From positions 1-39,476 of the forward strand of contig JBAXIL010000013.1 of assembly GCA_037138355.1 (NCBI GenBank): a DNA stretch of 39,476 nucleotides, in the 5' to 3' direction. The DNA comes from a bacterium (GTDB lineage Bacteria > Oederibacteriota > PGYV01 > Palsa-1178). Both the position numbers and the translations under genes were made by a program. How positions within the stretch are numbered: the first letter of the stretch is position 1; each line of letters starts with the position of its first letter. Below, one piece after another: positions 1 to 10,199 of this stretch. The notes beneath the pieces are model-generated. The model ran no database searches, was not told where the DNA came from, and saw nothing but the letters and a program-made list of their open reading frames with translations.

Positions 1-633
1 ATTTCATATATGGACGCAGGCGTATCTGGAGGAATATGGGGATTAAAAAATGGATATGCAACTATGGTGGGCGGAGATGAAAATATTTTTAAATATGTAG
101 AAGCTATATTTAAATCTTTAGCGCCTGAGGGCGGGTATATGTACTGTGGTAAAGTAGGTGCAGGACATTTTGTGAAAATGACACATAATGCCATAGAGTA
201 TGGACTAATGGAAGCATATGCAGAGGGTTTTGAAATATTGAAGGCCTCTCAATACGGCTCTTCTGTAGATTTAGGGCAAGTTGCTAAAATGTGGAATTCT
301 GGATCTGTAGTAAAGTCTTGGCTTTTGGAACTCTTGATAAATGTTTTTAAAAATCCAAAAGAGCTTGAAAAAATACAGGGCTATGTGGAGGATTCAGGAG
401 AAGCTCGCTGGGCAGTAAAAGAAGCGATAGATACTGGTGTGGCTGCGGATGTGATAACCACATCTGTATATAAGAGATTTAATTCCAGACAAAAAGATAC
501 ATTCGCAAATAAAATAATAGCAGCATTAAGAAATGAATTTGGCGGACATAAAGTGGCAAGAGAAGGGGAAAATATAAAAACAAATTCAACAGGTGCGGGA
601 AAGATAAAACATGCTTCACCTGATAAGGAATAA
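1..633 (+). CDS. gnd: 6-phosphogluconate dehydrogenase, decarboxylating, short type (5'-truncated by window edge)
   Basis: Motifs [39 protein letters not shown]; frame is open to base 1; directly upstream of zwf and pgl. Confidence 0.95.
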   Translation: MSYMDAGVSGGIWGLKNGYATMVGGDENIFKYVEAIFKSLAPEGGYMYCGKVGAGHFVKMTHNAIEYGLMEAYAEGFEILKASQYGSSVDLGQVAKMWNSGSVVKSWLLELLINVFKNPKELEKIQGYVEDSGEARWAVKEAIDTGVAADVITTSVYKRFNSRQKDTFANKIIAALRNEFGGHKVAREGENIKTNSTGAGKIKHASPDKE

Positions 634-638
634 AAAAA

Positions 639-2180
639 GTGAAATTCAAACCAGAACTTGACATTAAGCTTACAGGCATTTGTGAACTTTCTAAGGCAGG
701 TCCTTTAGGTGTTGTTATATTTGGAGCATCGGGTGATTTGACTGAAAGAAAGATTCTGCCGTCATTACTCAATCTTGTGAAACTTGGAAGCGTTCCTGAT
801 AACTTTTTTATTCTCGGAGTCGGCCGTACGGTTATGAGTGAGGAGACATTTAGATTAAAAGTAAGGCAGGCAATAATAAATGCAGGTGAAAAATCAGAAG
901 CTATGATTAATAACTTCTGTCTGCGGTGTTATTATGTGCGTGGGGATTATGACCTCCTTGAAGATTATGAATTAATAAAGAAAAAACTTAATGAATTAGA
1001 AAAAAAATACTCTACTAAGGAAAATAGAATATTTATTCTTGCCGTACCGCCATCCTTGTTTACAATTGTTGTGTCACACCTTGGGAAAACTCAGCTTATG
1101 CAAAAAGGTAGAACTCAAGAACCTTTTCATAGGCTTATGGTGGAAAAACCATTTGGTAGAAATTTGGAAAGCGCAAAATTATTAAATAAAGAAATACTAA
1201 AATATATAGATGATACGCAGCTGTATAGAGTAGATCATTATTTAGGTAAAAACACGGTTCAAAATATAATTGTGTTTAGGTTTGCAAATGCTATTTTTGA
1301 ACCGATATGGAACAGTCGGTTTATAGACCATGTACAGATTACAGTGGCCGAACAAGTCGGTGTTGAAGGAAGGGCAGGATATTTTGAACAGGCAGGTCTT
1401 ATTCGGGATATGCTACAAAATCATATACTACAACTCGTTTCACTTGTGGCTATGGAAAAACCGAAATCACTCAGTTCAGAGGCAGTAAGAGATAAAAAAG
1501 TAAAAGTGATTAATTCCATAAGACCTTTTGCTGTTGATAAGCTGCATGAACAAATAATTCGTGGGCAGTATGTGAAAGGGTTTAATGGTGCTTTGAAAGT
1601 GCCAGCATATACTGAAGAAGAAGGTATTAATTCGAAATCATGTAACGAAACATTTTTTGCTGCCAAATTATTTATTGATAATAATAAATGGAGAAACGTT
1701 CCTTTCTATATAAGGTCAGGAAAACGAATGACGGAGAAAATATCTAAAATAACAATTGTTTTTAAGCCTGCCAGTAATCAGATATTTAAAGGTTTAGGCG
1801 TAGAGACACATCCTAATGCTCTTACCTTTTCTATACATCCAAGGCAAGGCGTGACTATAGAGTTTATGGCAAAGGTACCTGGTTCAAAAATGTGTCTTTC
1901 CCCACTTGAAATGGATTTTAACTATAAGGATAAGTTTGGATCTGATATAGCAGATGATTATGGCACGATCATGCTGGATTGTATGCTTGGGGACCAAACA
2001 CTTTTCTGGAGAAAAGATGGAGTAGAAGCAGCGTGGAAGCTATTAGATACCATACTTAAAAAATGGGAACTTTGCGAACTTAATGAAAAAGCAAGACAAA
2101 TGTATTTATATGAAGCAGGGACAAATGGTCCTAAAGAAGCTGAAGAGTTTATAAAAAAAGATGGGCGCTATTGGTTTTAA
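639..2180 (+). CDS. zwf: Glucose-6-phosphate 1-dehydrogenase
   Basis: [39 protein letters not shown] motifs; GTG start. Confidence 0.97.
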   Translation: MKFKPELDIKLTGICELSKAGPLGVVIFGASGDLTERKILPSLLNLVKLGSVPDNFFILGVGRTVMSEETFRLKVRQAIINAGEKSEAMINNFCLRCYYVRGDYDLLEDYELIKKKLNELEKKYSTKENRIFILAVPPSLFTIVVSHLGKTQLMQKGRTQEPFHRLMVEKPFGRNLESAKLLNKEILKYIDDTQLYRVDHYLGKNTVQNIIVFRFANAIFEPIWNSRFIDHVQITVAEQVGVEGRAGYFEQAGLIRDMLQNHILQLVSLVAMEKPKSLSSEAVRDKKVKVINSIRPFAVDKLHEQIIRGQYVKGFNGALKVPAYTEEEGINSKSCNETFFAAKLFIDNNKWRNVPFYIRSGKRMTEKISKITIVFKPASNQIFKGLGVETHPNALTFSIHPRQGVTIEFMAKVPGSKMCLSPLEMDFNYKDKFGSDIADDYGTIMLDCMLGDQTLFWRKDGVEAAWKLLDTILKKWELCELNEKARQMYLYEAGTNGPKEAEEFIKKDGRYWF

Positions 2181-2195
2181 TTTTAATGGAGAAAA

Positions 2196-2918
2196 ATGAA
2201 AAAAATCATTAAAAGATTTAAAGATATTACTGAATTAAGTTTGGCAGCAGCCAACTATACAGCTATACTTGCTAAGGCAGAAGTAAAGAAAAAAGGGTAT
2301 TTTGCGATTGCTTTATCCGGAGGAAAAACAATAATTCCGTTTTATAAGCAACTTGCTAAAACTCAAATGCCTTGGGATAAAACATATATATTTTGGCAAG
2401 ATGATAGATTCGTGAAATATGGAGATAAAGATAGCAATGTGAAGCTTGTTTACGACAAGCTAATAAGCAAAACAAAAATGTCATTTGAAAAAGTCTATCC
2501 TGCGCCTGCACCTGACAATGTCGCCCCTGCGTCAAAAGCAGCCAAAATTTATGAAATGATTATACGGCAACTTTTTAAACATCTGCAACCAGGCAAAAAA
2601 ATACCATCTTATGATTTGATAATCGCTGGTATGGGAGATGATGGACATACTGCTTCTATATTTCCAAAAGATAAAAAAGTCTTAAATGAAAAGAAGAAAC
2701 TTATAATTTCGGTTATAGCTCCGCCTTATGCTGTTGTGAAAGACAGAATAACAATGACTCTTCCTTTTATAAATAACGCAAAAAATATAATGTTCCTAAC
2801 AGAAGAAAAAGGCAGAAGTAAAGTTCTGCAATTGGTTTTACAAGGTAATAAAAAATATCCAGCAGCATTGGTGAAACCTAAAAAAGAATTGATTTGGATG
2901 ATAAACAAGAAAAACTAA
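2196..2918 (+). CDS. pgl: 6-phosphogluconolactonase
   Basis: IALSGGKT, GMGDDGHTASIFP, RITMTLP motifs; follows zwf. Confidence 0.93.
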   Translation: MKKIIKRFKDITELSLAAANYTAILAKAEVKKKGYFAIALSGGKTIIPFYKQLAKTQMPWDKTYIFWQDDRFVKYGDKDSNVKLVYDKLISKTKMSFEKVYPAPAPDNVAPASKAAKIYEMIIRQLFKHLQPGKKIPSYDLIIAGMGDDGHTASIFPKDKKVLNEKKKLIISVIAPPYAVVKDRITMTLPFINNAKNIMFLTEEKGRSKVLQLVLQGNKKYPAALVKPKKELIWMINKKN

Positions 2919-2995
2919 GAATGTGTTTATTAAGCAAAGTTTGTGATATATTGTTTGTGAAAGGTTTTAAATAAATGAGAGTCAAGGAGAAAAAA

Positions 2996-3406
2996 ATGAA
3001 AAAAATATTAATTGGAGTTCTTGTGTTTTTATTTCCAATTATGCTTTTTTCAGAATATAGAACTGATAATTTTCAAGCCATTGCCCTTATAGGCTCTGAT
3101 GTGATACTTGCTACAGTGGCAACTTGCGTATATTTAGATTATTCAAATAGCGCATCGGCTTATGAAATTCTTTACAATTCTTTAAATAAAACAGATATAT
3201 CAAACTATAATATTTTAGTTTATGAAAAAAAACAAGTGGAACAAAAAGGAATAAATACGGCTGTGATGTTAGGACTTGCTGGAGTGGCTATAATATATAC
3301 ACTTGAAGATGCGTTTTTATTTCATAATGTTTTTGAAATGCCAGTTAAAGTTAATATCAATCCTGCAAGGCAATACGCTGGAATAGAAAAAGAGTGGAGA
3401 TTTTAG
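2996..3406 (+). CDS. Hypothetical exported/membrane protein
   Basis: AGGAGA RBS before ATG 2996; N-terminal signal-like segment and two hydrophobic stretches; stop abuts the next ATG. Confidence 0.7.
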   Translation: MKKILIGVLVFLFPIMLFSEYRTDNFQAIALIGSDVILATVATCVYLDYSNSASAYEILYNSLNKTDISNYNILVYEKKQVEQKGINTAVMLGLAGVAIIYTLEDAFLFHNVFEMPVKVNINPARQYAGIEKEWRF

Positions 3407-4546
3407 ATGAAAAAAATTATTCTGCTATTTGTATTTGTTATGATAATAATTTCTGGCTGTAAAAAATTAAGCGTTCCTGTTGTGCCAGAGGCAGTACAGC
3501 CGACGGTCACAAATACTATAACAGAACTTTTGTCACAGACTGAAACTCAAATAGCTACAGTAACACAATCGTCAGTTGAAACTTCTACATTTACGCAGAC
3601 GGAAACGCAGACAGAAACGATAACGCAAACTGTGACACAAACTATGACTCAAACTGCAACCTCAACAGCAACTATTGATTCTTCAATTCTGGTTTCAGTA
3701 CCAGGAGGCACTTTCACTCAAACAGATGCAAATAATATTGCAAATACCTTTAGTCATACGATTTCCACTTTTTCAATCGGAAAGTATCAAGTGACTTATC
3801 ATTTGTGGTACACGGTGCGTCAGTGGGCAATTTTAAATGGTTATAGTTTTGCAAATGCAGGTATGGAGGGCTCTAACGGCACAATCGGATATGCTCCAAC
3901 CGCCGCAAAGCAGCAACCTGTAACAATGATAAATTGGAGAGATGCAATAATCTGGTGTAATGCATATAGCCAAATGTTGGTTCTTACTCCTGTATATTGT
4001 TCGGACGCAGGGTTTACAACGCCAATAAAAACATCCACAAATAGTGGTTCGATAAATGCTACCGCAGGAAGTGTTGATAAACCTTATGTGAACTGGGCGG
4101 GAAATGGATATAGATTACCTACTGAAGGGGAGTATCAGTATGCAGCAAGTTATAAAGACGGGACAAGTTGGACGCCGTATAATTATGCAAGTGGCGCGAC
4201 AGCGGAATATACCAATGCTACTGCAACAGGATTAGTAGCTTGGTATTTGGATAATTCATGGACAGGTTTGCATTATATTACTCATGATGTGGGTGGTAAA
4301 AATGCAAATGCCCTTGGTCTTTATGATATGTCTGGAAATGTATTAGAGTGGTGCTGGGATTGGTATGCAGCATACCCAGGCACATCAACAAACTATAGAG
4401 GACCTCTGAGTGCCACTTATCGTGTATTGCATGGGGGTTACTATAATTATAGTGCTTCAGGCACGCAAGTGGGTTTCCGCAATGTCTTTGATTCTCCGTT
4501 TAATACTTTTGTTGGTACTGGCTTTCGTTTTGTGAGGGCTAATTAA
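3407..4546 (+). CDS. Lipoprotein with Thr-rich linker and formylglycine-generating-enzyme-like (SUMF1/EgtB/PvdO, CLec-fold) domain
   Basis: Lipobox IISGC; TxTxT linker; motifs IGKYQVT, PVTMINWRDAIIWCN, GYRLPTEGEYQYAA, NALGLYDMSGNVLEWCWD, GFR. Confidence 0.9.
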   Translation: MKKIILLFVFVMIIISGCKKLSVPVVPEAVQPTVTNTITELLSQTETQIATVTQSSVETSTFTQTETQTETITQTVTQTMTQTATSTATIDSSILVSVPGGTFTQTDANNIANTFSHTISTFSIGKYQVTYHLWYTVRQWAILNGYSFANAGMEGSNGTIGYAPTAAKQQPVTMINWRDAIIWCNAYSQMLVLTPVYCSDAGFTTPIKTSTNSGSINATAGSVDKPYVNWAGNGYRLPTEGEYQYAASYKDGTSWTPYNYASGATAEYTNATATGLVAWYLDNSWTGLHYITHDVGGKNANALGLYDMSGNVLEWCWDWYAAYPGTSTNYRGPLSATYRVLHGGYYNYSASGTQVGFRNVFDSPFNTFVGTGFRFVRAN

Positions 4547-4599
4547 TTAAGAGTAAGGCCACTTCAATAATATTTCGTAAATAAATCTATTTATCAAAC

Positions 4600-4628
4600 T
4601 TGACAAATCCTTGATTATATTGTAAATT
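4600..4628 (+). promoter_or_regulatory. Sigma70-type promoter for fur-feoAB
   Basis: TTGACA (4600-4605), 17-bp spacer, TAAATT (4623-4628). Confidence 0.65.
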
Positions 4629-4648
4629 GATATTGAGATTCAGTATCA
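4628..4648. promoter_or_regulatory. Fur box
   Basis: TGATATTGAGATTCAGTATCA is an imperfect palindrome matching TGATAATGATAATCATTATCA at 17/21; lies between -10 and RBS of fur-feoAB. Confidence 0.8.
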
Positions 4649-4662
4649 AATAGGAGGACTTT

Positions 4663-5094
4663 ATGGACTCTTCGGAAGTATTGACGAGTTTTATCAAAAA
4701 AAATGGCTTAAAAAAGACATCGGTAAGACACTTACTACTTGATTTAATAAAGAAAAAATCAGGGCATTTTGATGTAGAAGAGTTACTTCTTGGTATAAAG
4801 CAAAAAAATCTAAAAGTGTCCAGAGCTTCAGTTTATAGAACTCTTCATTTGCTTGTGGGCGCGGGTTTAATCAATGAGTCCTTACAAAGAGATGGTAGGA
4901 CAGTTTATGAATATAGTTCTGAAAAAACACATCACGATCATATGATTTGTGTAAAATGTGGCAAGCTAATAGAGTTTAGTGATTCTTTAATTGAAAAACA
5001 TCAAAAAGAGATATGCAAAAAACATAAGTTTGTAATGACTGGCCACAAGTTGGAAATAAAAGGAATTTGCAGTTTGTGCAAAAATAAAGTTTGA
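4663..5094 (+). CDS. fur: Fur-family transcriptional regulator
   Basis: HFDVEEL, SRASVYRTL, HHDHMICVKCG, CxxC at C-terminus; AGGAGG RBS. Confidence 0.92.
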   Translation: MDSSEVLTSFIKKNGLKKTSVRHLLLDLIKKKSGHFDVEELLLGIKQKNLKVSRASVYRTLHLLVGAGLINESLQRDGRTVYEYSSEKTHHDHMICVKCGKLIEFSDSLIEKHQKEICKKHKFVMTGHKLEIKGICSLCKNKV

Positions 5095-5104
5095 GGAGTA
5101 TTTT

Positions 5105-5350
5105 GTGAAAATGTCAGATTTAAAACCCGGAGACATGGGAACTGTCACAAAAGTAGAATATACAGGTGAAGCCACAAGGCGCTTAATGGATTTAGGGCTA
5201 CATAAGGGAGTGTCTTTTAAAGTAATACGCAAAGCACCTTTGGGTGACCCTATGGAAATTAAGTTAAAAGGTACCTTAATGGCATTAAGAATGAAAGAAG
5301 CAGAGCAGGTAAGTGTACAAAAAGAAAACACTGCTATGGGTAAACAATAA
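5105..5350 (+). CDS. feoA: Ferrous iron transport protein A
   Basis: RRLMDLGL, APLGDPMEI, ALRxxEA; between fur and feoB. Confidence 0.93.
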   Translation: MKMSDLKPGDMGTVTKVEYTGEATRRLMDLGLHKGVSFKVIRKAPLGDPMEIKLKGTLMALRMKEAEQVSVQKENTAMGKQ

Positions 5351-7495
5351 ATGGTAAAAAATCTAAAAAACATAACAATTGCTCTGGCTGGAAATCCAAA
5401 CTCTGGTAAAACCTCGCTGTTTAATGCAGTGGCAGGAACGCATTTAAAAGTAGGAAACTGGCCAGGCGTGACAGTGGAGAGATATGAAGGTTTTGTAAAT
5501 TACAAAGGTTATCATATCAAGTTAGTTGATTTGCCAGGTACATATTCTTTGAATGCTTATTCTCCTGAAGAAACAATAGCAAGAGATTTTATTACTGGAA
5601 AAAAAGCGGATATAATAATTAATGTAGTGGATGGAACAAATTTGGAAAGAAACCTCTATCTTACCCATCAGCTTATGGAGTTAGAACCTGAAATGGTGAT
5701 TGCTCTTAATATGTATGACGAGGTTCAAAAAAATAAAATAACTATAGATTTTAAATATCTGCAAAAGTTGTTGGGTACTCATATAATTCCTGTCAGCGCG
5801 GTAACTAAAAGTGGGATTGACTCTTTGCTTGACCACACTATAAGGTTGTTCGAAAAGAAAATATCCATAGAAAAGAATAAAATCTTCTACAGCGAAGAAG
5901 TAGAAGAAACACTTTTAAAACTTAAAACTATTATTGAAACAGATACAGTTTTAACAGCTGTCTATGGCTCCAGATGGCTGGCAGTGAAGTTGCTTGAAAA
6001 CGATGAAGCAGTGTATAAAATGTTAAAAGACAAACCAATATGGGTAAGACTTGAAGGAAAACTAAGTATTATTTTGAGCGACCTTGAAAATATATTACAT
6101 GAAAATATCCCAGCAAAAATACTTGAAGATAGGTATGCTTTTGTTAGAGGGGCTATAAAGGAAACTGTAAAAGTACCAAATGAACATAAGGAAACTCTTA
6201 CAGATAAAATAGATTCTGTACTCATAGGAAAATATCTTGGACTACCTATATTTTTACTTATTATGTGGACAATTTTTCAACTTACATTTTCACTTGGAAA
6301 AATACCTATGGGCTGGATAGAAGCGCTTTTTAATTTTATGGGGAATAAAGCTTCTATTTATTTACCAGAAGGAAATATCCGTTCTATGGTGGTGGATGGA
6401 ATTATTGCCGGAGTAGGTGGGGTAGTGGTATTTATTCCTAATATTTTATTGCTGTTTTTAGGATTGTCCTTTCTTGAAGCGACTGGCTATATGGCACGCG
6501 CGGCTTTTGTCGTGGACAAGGTATTTCATAAGATAGGCCTGCATGGAAAATCTTTCATACCTATGGTGACAGGTTTTGGCTGTTCTGTTCCTGCTTTTAT
6601 GGCATGCAGAACTTTAAAAAACAGAAGCGATAGATTGGCAACTATGATGGTCATACCTTTTATGAGTTGCGGAGCAAAATTGCCTGTTTATGTGTTGCTA
6701 ATAGGAGCTTTTTTTCCTGAAAAAATGGCAGGGAATATTCTTTTTGGAGTGTATTTATTTGGTATTCTTGTGGCTGTATTGTCAGCAAAGCTTTTTAAAT
6801 CAACTATCTTTAAAGGCAAGTCAGAACCATTTGTTATGGAATTGCCTGTTTACAGAATGCCAGGCACCAAATCAGTGCTTATGCAAATGTGGTTTAAGGC
6901 ATGGATGTATATAAAAAAAGCAGGGACTACTATTCTGGCGGCTTCATTAATTATATGGTTTGCAGCTAATTATCCTGAAAATAAAAATTTAGAAAATGAG
7001 TTAAAAGCAAAAGTATCCTACGCAATTGAAAATAAAAGTCCAGTTGAAAAGGAAATAATAATAAAAAATATTAAAAATGAATTTGCTGCCAGGCATTTGG
7101 AGTATTCCTTTGCTGGTCGTATAGGTAAAGTCATAGAACCTGTTTTAAGACCTCTTGGTTTTGATTGGCGTATTGGAACTGCTCTTATTTCTGGTTTGGC
7201 GGCAAAAGAAATAGTGGTCTCTGCTATGGGTACTATATATTCCATGGGAGAGATAGGACATGAAACTGGCGGATTGGCAAGTAGGTTAAAAAATGATAAG
7301 GCATACAATCCCGCTGTAGCACTTTCTTTGATAATATTTGTCCTTTTATATGTTCCATGTTTGGCAGCAACAGTTGTATTTCATAAGGAAGTAGGAAAGG
7401 TTAAAATAACTATCTTTTATATAGCTTATGCAATGGTAATAGCGTGGGTCCTTGCGTTTCTGGTTTATCATGCGGCCCTGTTGTTTATTCATTAA
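5351..7495 (+). CDS. feoB: Ferrous iron transport protein B
   Basis: GNPNSGKT, GNWPGVTVE, DLPGTYSL GTPase motifs; membrane domain with GFGCSVPA, PFMSCGAK, LYVPC. Confidence 0.97.
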   Translation: MVKNLKNITIALAGNPNSGKTSLFNAVAGTHLKVGNWPGVTVERYEGFVNYKGYHIKLVDLPGTYSLNAYSPEETIARDFITGKKADIIINVVDGTNLERNLYLTHQLMELEPEMVIALNMYDEVQKNKITIDFKYLQKLLGTHIIPVSAVTKSGIDSLLDHTIRLFEKKISIEKNKIFYSEEVEETLLKLKTIIETDTVLTAVYGSRWLAVKLLENDEAVYKMLKDKPIWVRLEGKLSIILSDLENILHENIPAKILEDRYAFVRGAIKETVKVPNEHKETLTDKIDSVLIGKYLGLPIFLLIMWTIFQLTFSLGKIPMGWIEALFNFMGNKASIYLPEGNIRSMVVDGIIAGVGGVVVFIPNILLLFLGLSFLEATGYMARAAFVVDKVFHKIGLHGKSFIPMVTGFGCSVPAFMACRTLKNRSDRLATMMVIPFMSCGAKLPVYVLLIGAFFPEKMAGNILFGVYLFGILVAVLSAKLFKSTIFKGKSEPFVMELPVYRMPGTKSVLMQMWFKAWMYIKKAGTTILAASLIIWFAANYPENKNLENELKAKVSYAIENKSPVEKEIIIKNIKNEFAARHLEYSFAGRIGKVIEPVLRPLGFDWRIGTALISGLAAKEIVVSAMGTIYSMGEIGHETGGLASRLKNDKAYNPAVALSLIIFVLLYVPCLAATVVFHKEVGKVKITIFYIAYAMVIAWVLAFLVYHAALLFIH

Positions 7496-7569
7496 TAAAA
7501 GAAAACTTTTTATTTACATGGTATTATGATACATTATAAAAATTGTAGTTAAAATTTAAAGGAGCAAAC

Positions 7570-8742
7570 ATGAAAAACTTAACTATTTACAATCCTGTAA
7601 AGATACATTTCGGTGCTGGAGAAATTGAAAATACTGGAGCATTTGCAAAAACTCTTGGAAAAAAAGCAATAATTATCACTGGAAAAAACTCAACAAAGAA
7701 AACAGGACTACTTGATAAGGTAATTAAACTTTTAGAAAAAGAAAATGTAAAGGCGGTTGTATATGCTGGTATTACTCCTAATCCGAAAAATACTGAAGTA
7801 GAAGAAGCAGCAGCACTTGCAGTAAAAGAAAATTGTGATTTTGTGATTGGTTTAGGCGGTGGATCAGCTATGGATGCAGCCAAAGGCGTTTCTGTTGTGG
7901 CTGGAAGTGGCGGCAAGTTATGGGACTATATAGGAACACCGGCTAAGCAAGCAAAAGAAATTGGAAAAGCATTGCCGATTATGTTAATACCAACTCTTTC
8001 TGCAACTGGTTCAGAAGGCAATCCTGCAGCCGTATTTACAAATCCAGAATTAAATCAGAAGGCAGCGATATATAATCCAGATAAAATATATCCTAAAATA
8101 TCAATAGTAGATCCAGATTTGACTTTAAGCGTACCACCACAACAGACAGCGGAAGGTATTATAGATGTCATAATGCATGTACTTGAGGAATATTTGGTTG
8201 GTGAGACAGATTGCGATATGCAAGACAGATTTACGGAAGGAATCATACTGACCTGTATGGAAGCTGGTAAAAAGGTTATGAAAAATCCAAATGATAAAAA
8301 CGCCAGAGCACAGATTGCTTTATCAAGTACGGTGGCATTACAGGGATTACCTAATTCAGGCAGAGCAGGCGCATGGGTGGTACATCCATTAGAGCACGCA
8401 GTAACTGCATATTTTGACCATATAGCACACGGCGCAGGCATTGCTGCTATACTTCCATCTTATTTAAAATACTTGGGAGAAGTTAAAGCTGACAAGGTAT
8501 TACAATTAGCAGACAGAGTTTTCAATGTTCCAAAAGAGGTAACAGGAGAACTTAGAATTGGTGTTTGTATAGAAACTCTTAGGCAATTTATTATTGATAT
8601 AGGACTTAAAGATAATTTTGAAGACCTTGGAGTTAAAATGGAAGATATGGAAAAAATTACAGATAAGGTTATAGAAGTAGGCGGTTTTCCGTGGAAACTT
8701 GACAGACCAAGATTGTTACAGATTTTTAAAGATGCCTATTAA
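7570..8742 (+). CDS. Iron-containing alcohol (butanol-type) dehydrogenase
   Basis: GLGGGSAMDAAK, PTLSATGSE, HPLEH and HGAG metal ligands. Confidence 0.9.
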   Translation: MKNLTIYNPVKIHFGAGEIENTGAFAKTLGKKAIIITGKNSTKKTGLLDKVIKLLEKENVKAVVYAGITPNPKNTEVEEAAALAVKENCDFVIGLGGGSAMDAAKGVSVVAGSGGKLWDYIGTPAKQAKEIGKALPIMLIPTLSATGSEGNPAAVFTNPELNQKAAIYNPDKIYPKISIVDPDLTLSVPPQQTAEGIIDVIMHVLEEYLVGETDCDMQDRFTEGIILTCMEAGKKVMKNPNDKNARAQIALSSTVALQGLPNSGRAGAWVVHPLEHAVTAYFDHIAHGAGIAAILPSYLKYLGEVKADKVLQLADRVFNVPKEVTGELRIGVCIETLRQFIIDIGLKDNFEDLGVKMEDMEKITDKVIEVGGFPWKLDRPRLLQIFKDAY

Positions 8743-8760
8743 TTTAAAAAAATATATCTT

Positions 8761-9864
8761 TTAAACATACTCTTTGAATTGTTGAAGACCTTTAGCTTTC
8801 TTCCACCATACTTTAAATGGGGTAGTGATTTTCTGCGTTTTTCCTGTTTTTGAAGACAGATAAGCTTTGTCCATAACTTCCATAATATGCAGACTCTGTT
8901 CTGCGTTGTATATTGGTTGCAAACCTGTCCTAACCCAGTTTATAAATCTGCCCATGATATCATCTTCGGCTTCAAATTTAGGAAAACCAGTTGGAGCAAA
9001 ACAGTTATCAAGATTTCTGAATGCAACTTTTTTTCCAGCAATTTTTGCTTTAGTTTTTACTATAAGCGGATTATTATCAGTGTTTATGAAAACAGTTCCT
9101 TTGCGCCCATAAATTACAGTGTGGTTTTCTACAAAACTATGACACCAGGATGCTTTTACAGTGGCAAAAACTCCGCCTTCAAACTCAAGTATCATAACAG
9201 CATTGTCGTCAACGGTAGGTTGTATTTTATCCCCATTAGCAAGAATTCTTTTTGGAAGAAGTATATTTACAAAAGCAGATACTTTTTTTACAGCGCCTAA
9301 GATAGAAATTATACGAGAAAGGGCATAACAACCAACATCGAGTATGGCTCCACCTTCAGCGATTTTTTTATCATAATACCAGTTATTTCTTGGTGGACCT
9401 GGAAACGAAAGTTCTGAGTGGCCTGAAGTTATTTTGCCAATGTATTTTTCTTGGACAAAATCAAGTGCTCTGGTGTAATTCGGATAATGGTCAAAAGGCA
9501 AACCCATTAAAAGTTTTTTGTATTTCTTTGAAGCTACTAACATTTTTTTAGCATCTGCGAAACTTGTGGCTACTGGTTTTTCTACAAGCACATGCGCCCC
9601 TGCTTTCATACAGGCAATCGTATGCTTTGCGTGCAGGGAGTGAGGTGTAGTTATGACCACACAGTTAGGTTTTTCTATCTTTAACATAGTTTCATAATTA
9701 TTATAAAAGTTTTTTATTTCGTATTTTTTTGCCTTTGATTTGGCATTGTTTATATTCCTGGAATAGATACCACACAATTGAAGTGCTTGAAGCTTTTTAG
9801 ACATTATTATAAACCTATCAGAAATCTCTCCGGCACCTAAAAATGCTACTTTTAATATTTTCAT
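8761..9864 (-). CDS. Gfo/Idh/MocA family oxidoreductase
   Basis: VAFLGAG, ITTPHSLH, HVLVEKP, GGAILDVGCY; GGAGG RBS supports start at 9864 rather than 9933. Confidence 0.9.
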   Translation of the reverse strand: MKILKVAFLGAGEISDRFIIMSKKLQALQLCGIYSRNINNAKSKAKKYEIKNFYNNYETMLKIEKPNCVVITTPHSLHAKHTIACMKAGAHVLVEKPVATSFADAKKMLVASKKYKKLLMGLPFDHYPNYTRALDFVQEKYIGKITSGHSELSFPGPPRNNWYYDKKIAEGGAILDVGCYALSRIISILGAVKKVSAFVNILLPKRILANGDKIQPTVDDNAVMILEFEGGVFATVKASWCHSFVENHTVIYGRKGTVFINTDNNPLIVKTKAKIAGKKVAFRNLDNCFAPTGFPKFEAEDDIMGRFINWVRTGLQPIYNAEQSLHIMEVMDKAYLSSKTGKTQKITTPFKVWWKKAKGLQQFKEYV

Positions 9865-10033
9865 AAAAACCTCCGAATTTATTTTGTTTATTATAGTATA
9901 TTGGGTGTGGAAATTATACAAGAAAGTTATCATGTTTTTAAGGATTCAAAGTTACATTTTACCCATTGTTTTGACTTGTTGATTGCCAATTCCTGTGATA
10001 TTATTACTGAAATATCAATTAGGAGGTTTTAAT

Positions 10034-10195
10034 ATGAATAAATGGGAATGTACGGTTTGTGGTTATGTTTATGACCCAGCAAAAGGAGATATTGACAGCG
10101 GGATTGCTCCTGGAACACCTTTTGAAAAGATACCTGATTCATGGTCTTGTCCTGAATGTGGTGCTTCAAAGGCCGATTTTACAGAAATAAAGTGA
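10034..10195 (+). CDS. Rubredoxin
   Basis: [12 protein letters not shown]...[20 protein letters not shown] before ATG 10034; 53 aa. Confidence 0.96.
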   Translation: MNKWECTVCGYVYDPAKGDIDSGIAPGTPFEKIPDSWSCPECGASKADFTEIK

Positions 10196-10199
10196 TACT

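Noticed and set aside
9865..10033. N-terminal extensions of the oxidoreductase (to 9933) and rubredoxin (from 9983)
   Set aside because: Strong RBSs precede ATG 9864 (minus) and ATG 10034; the region is a divergent intergenic space
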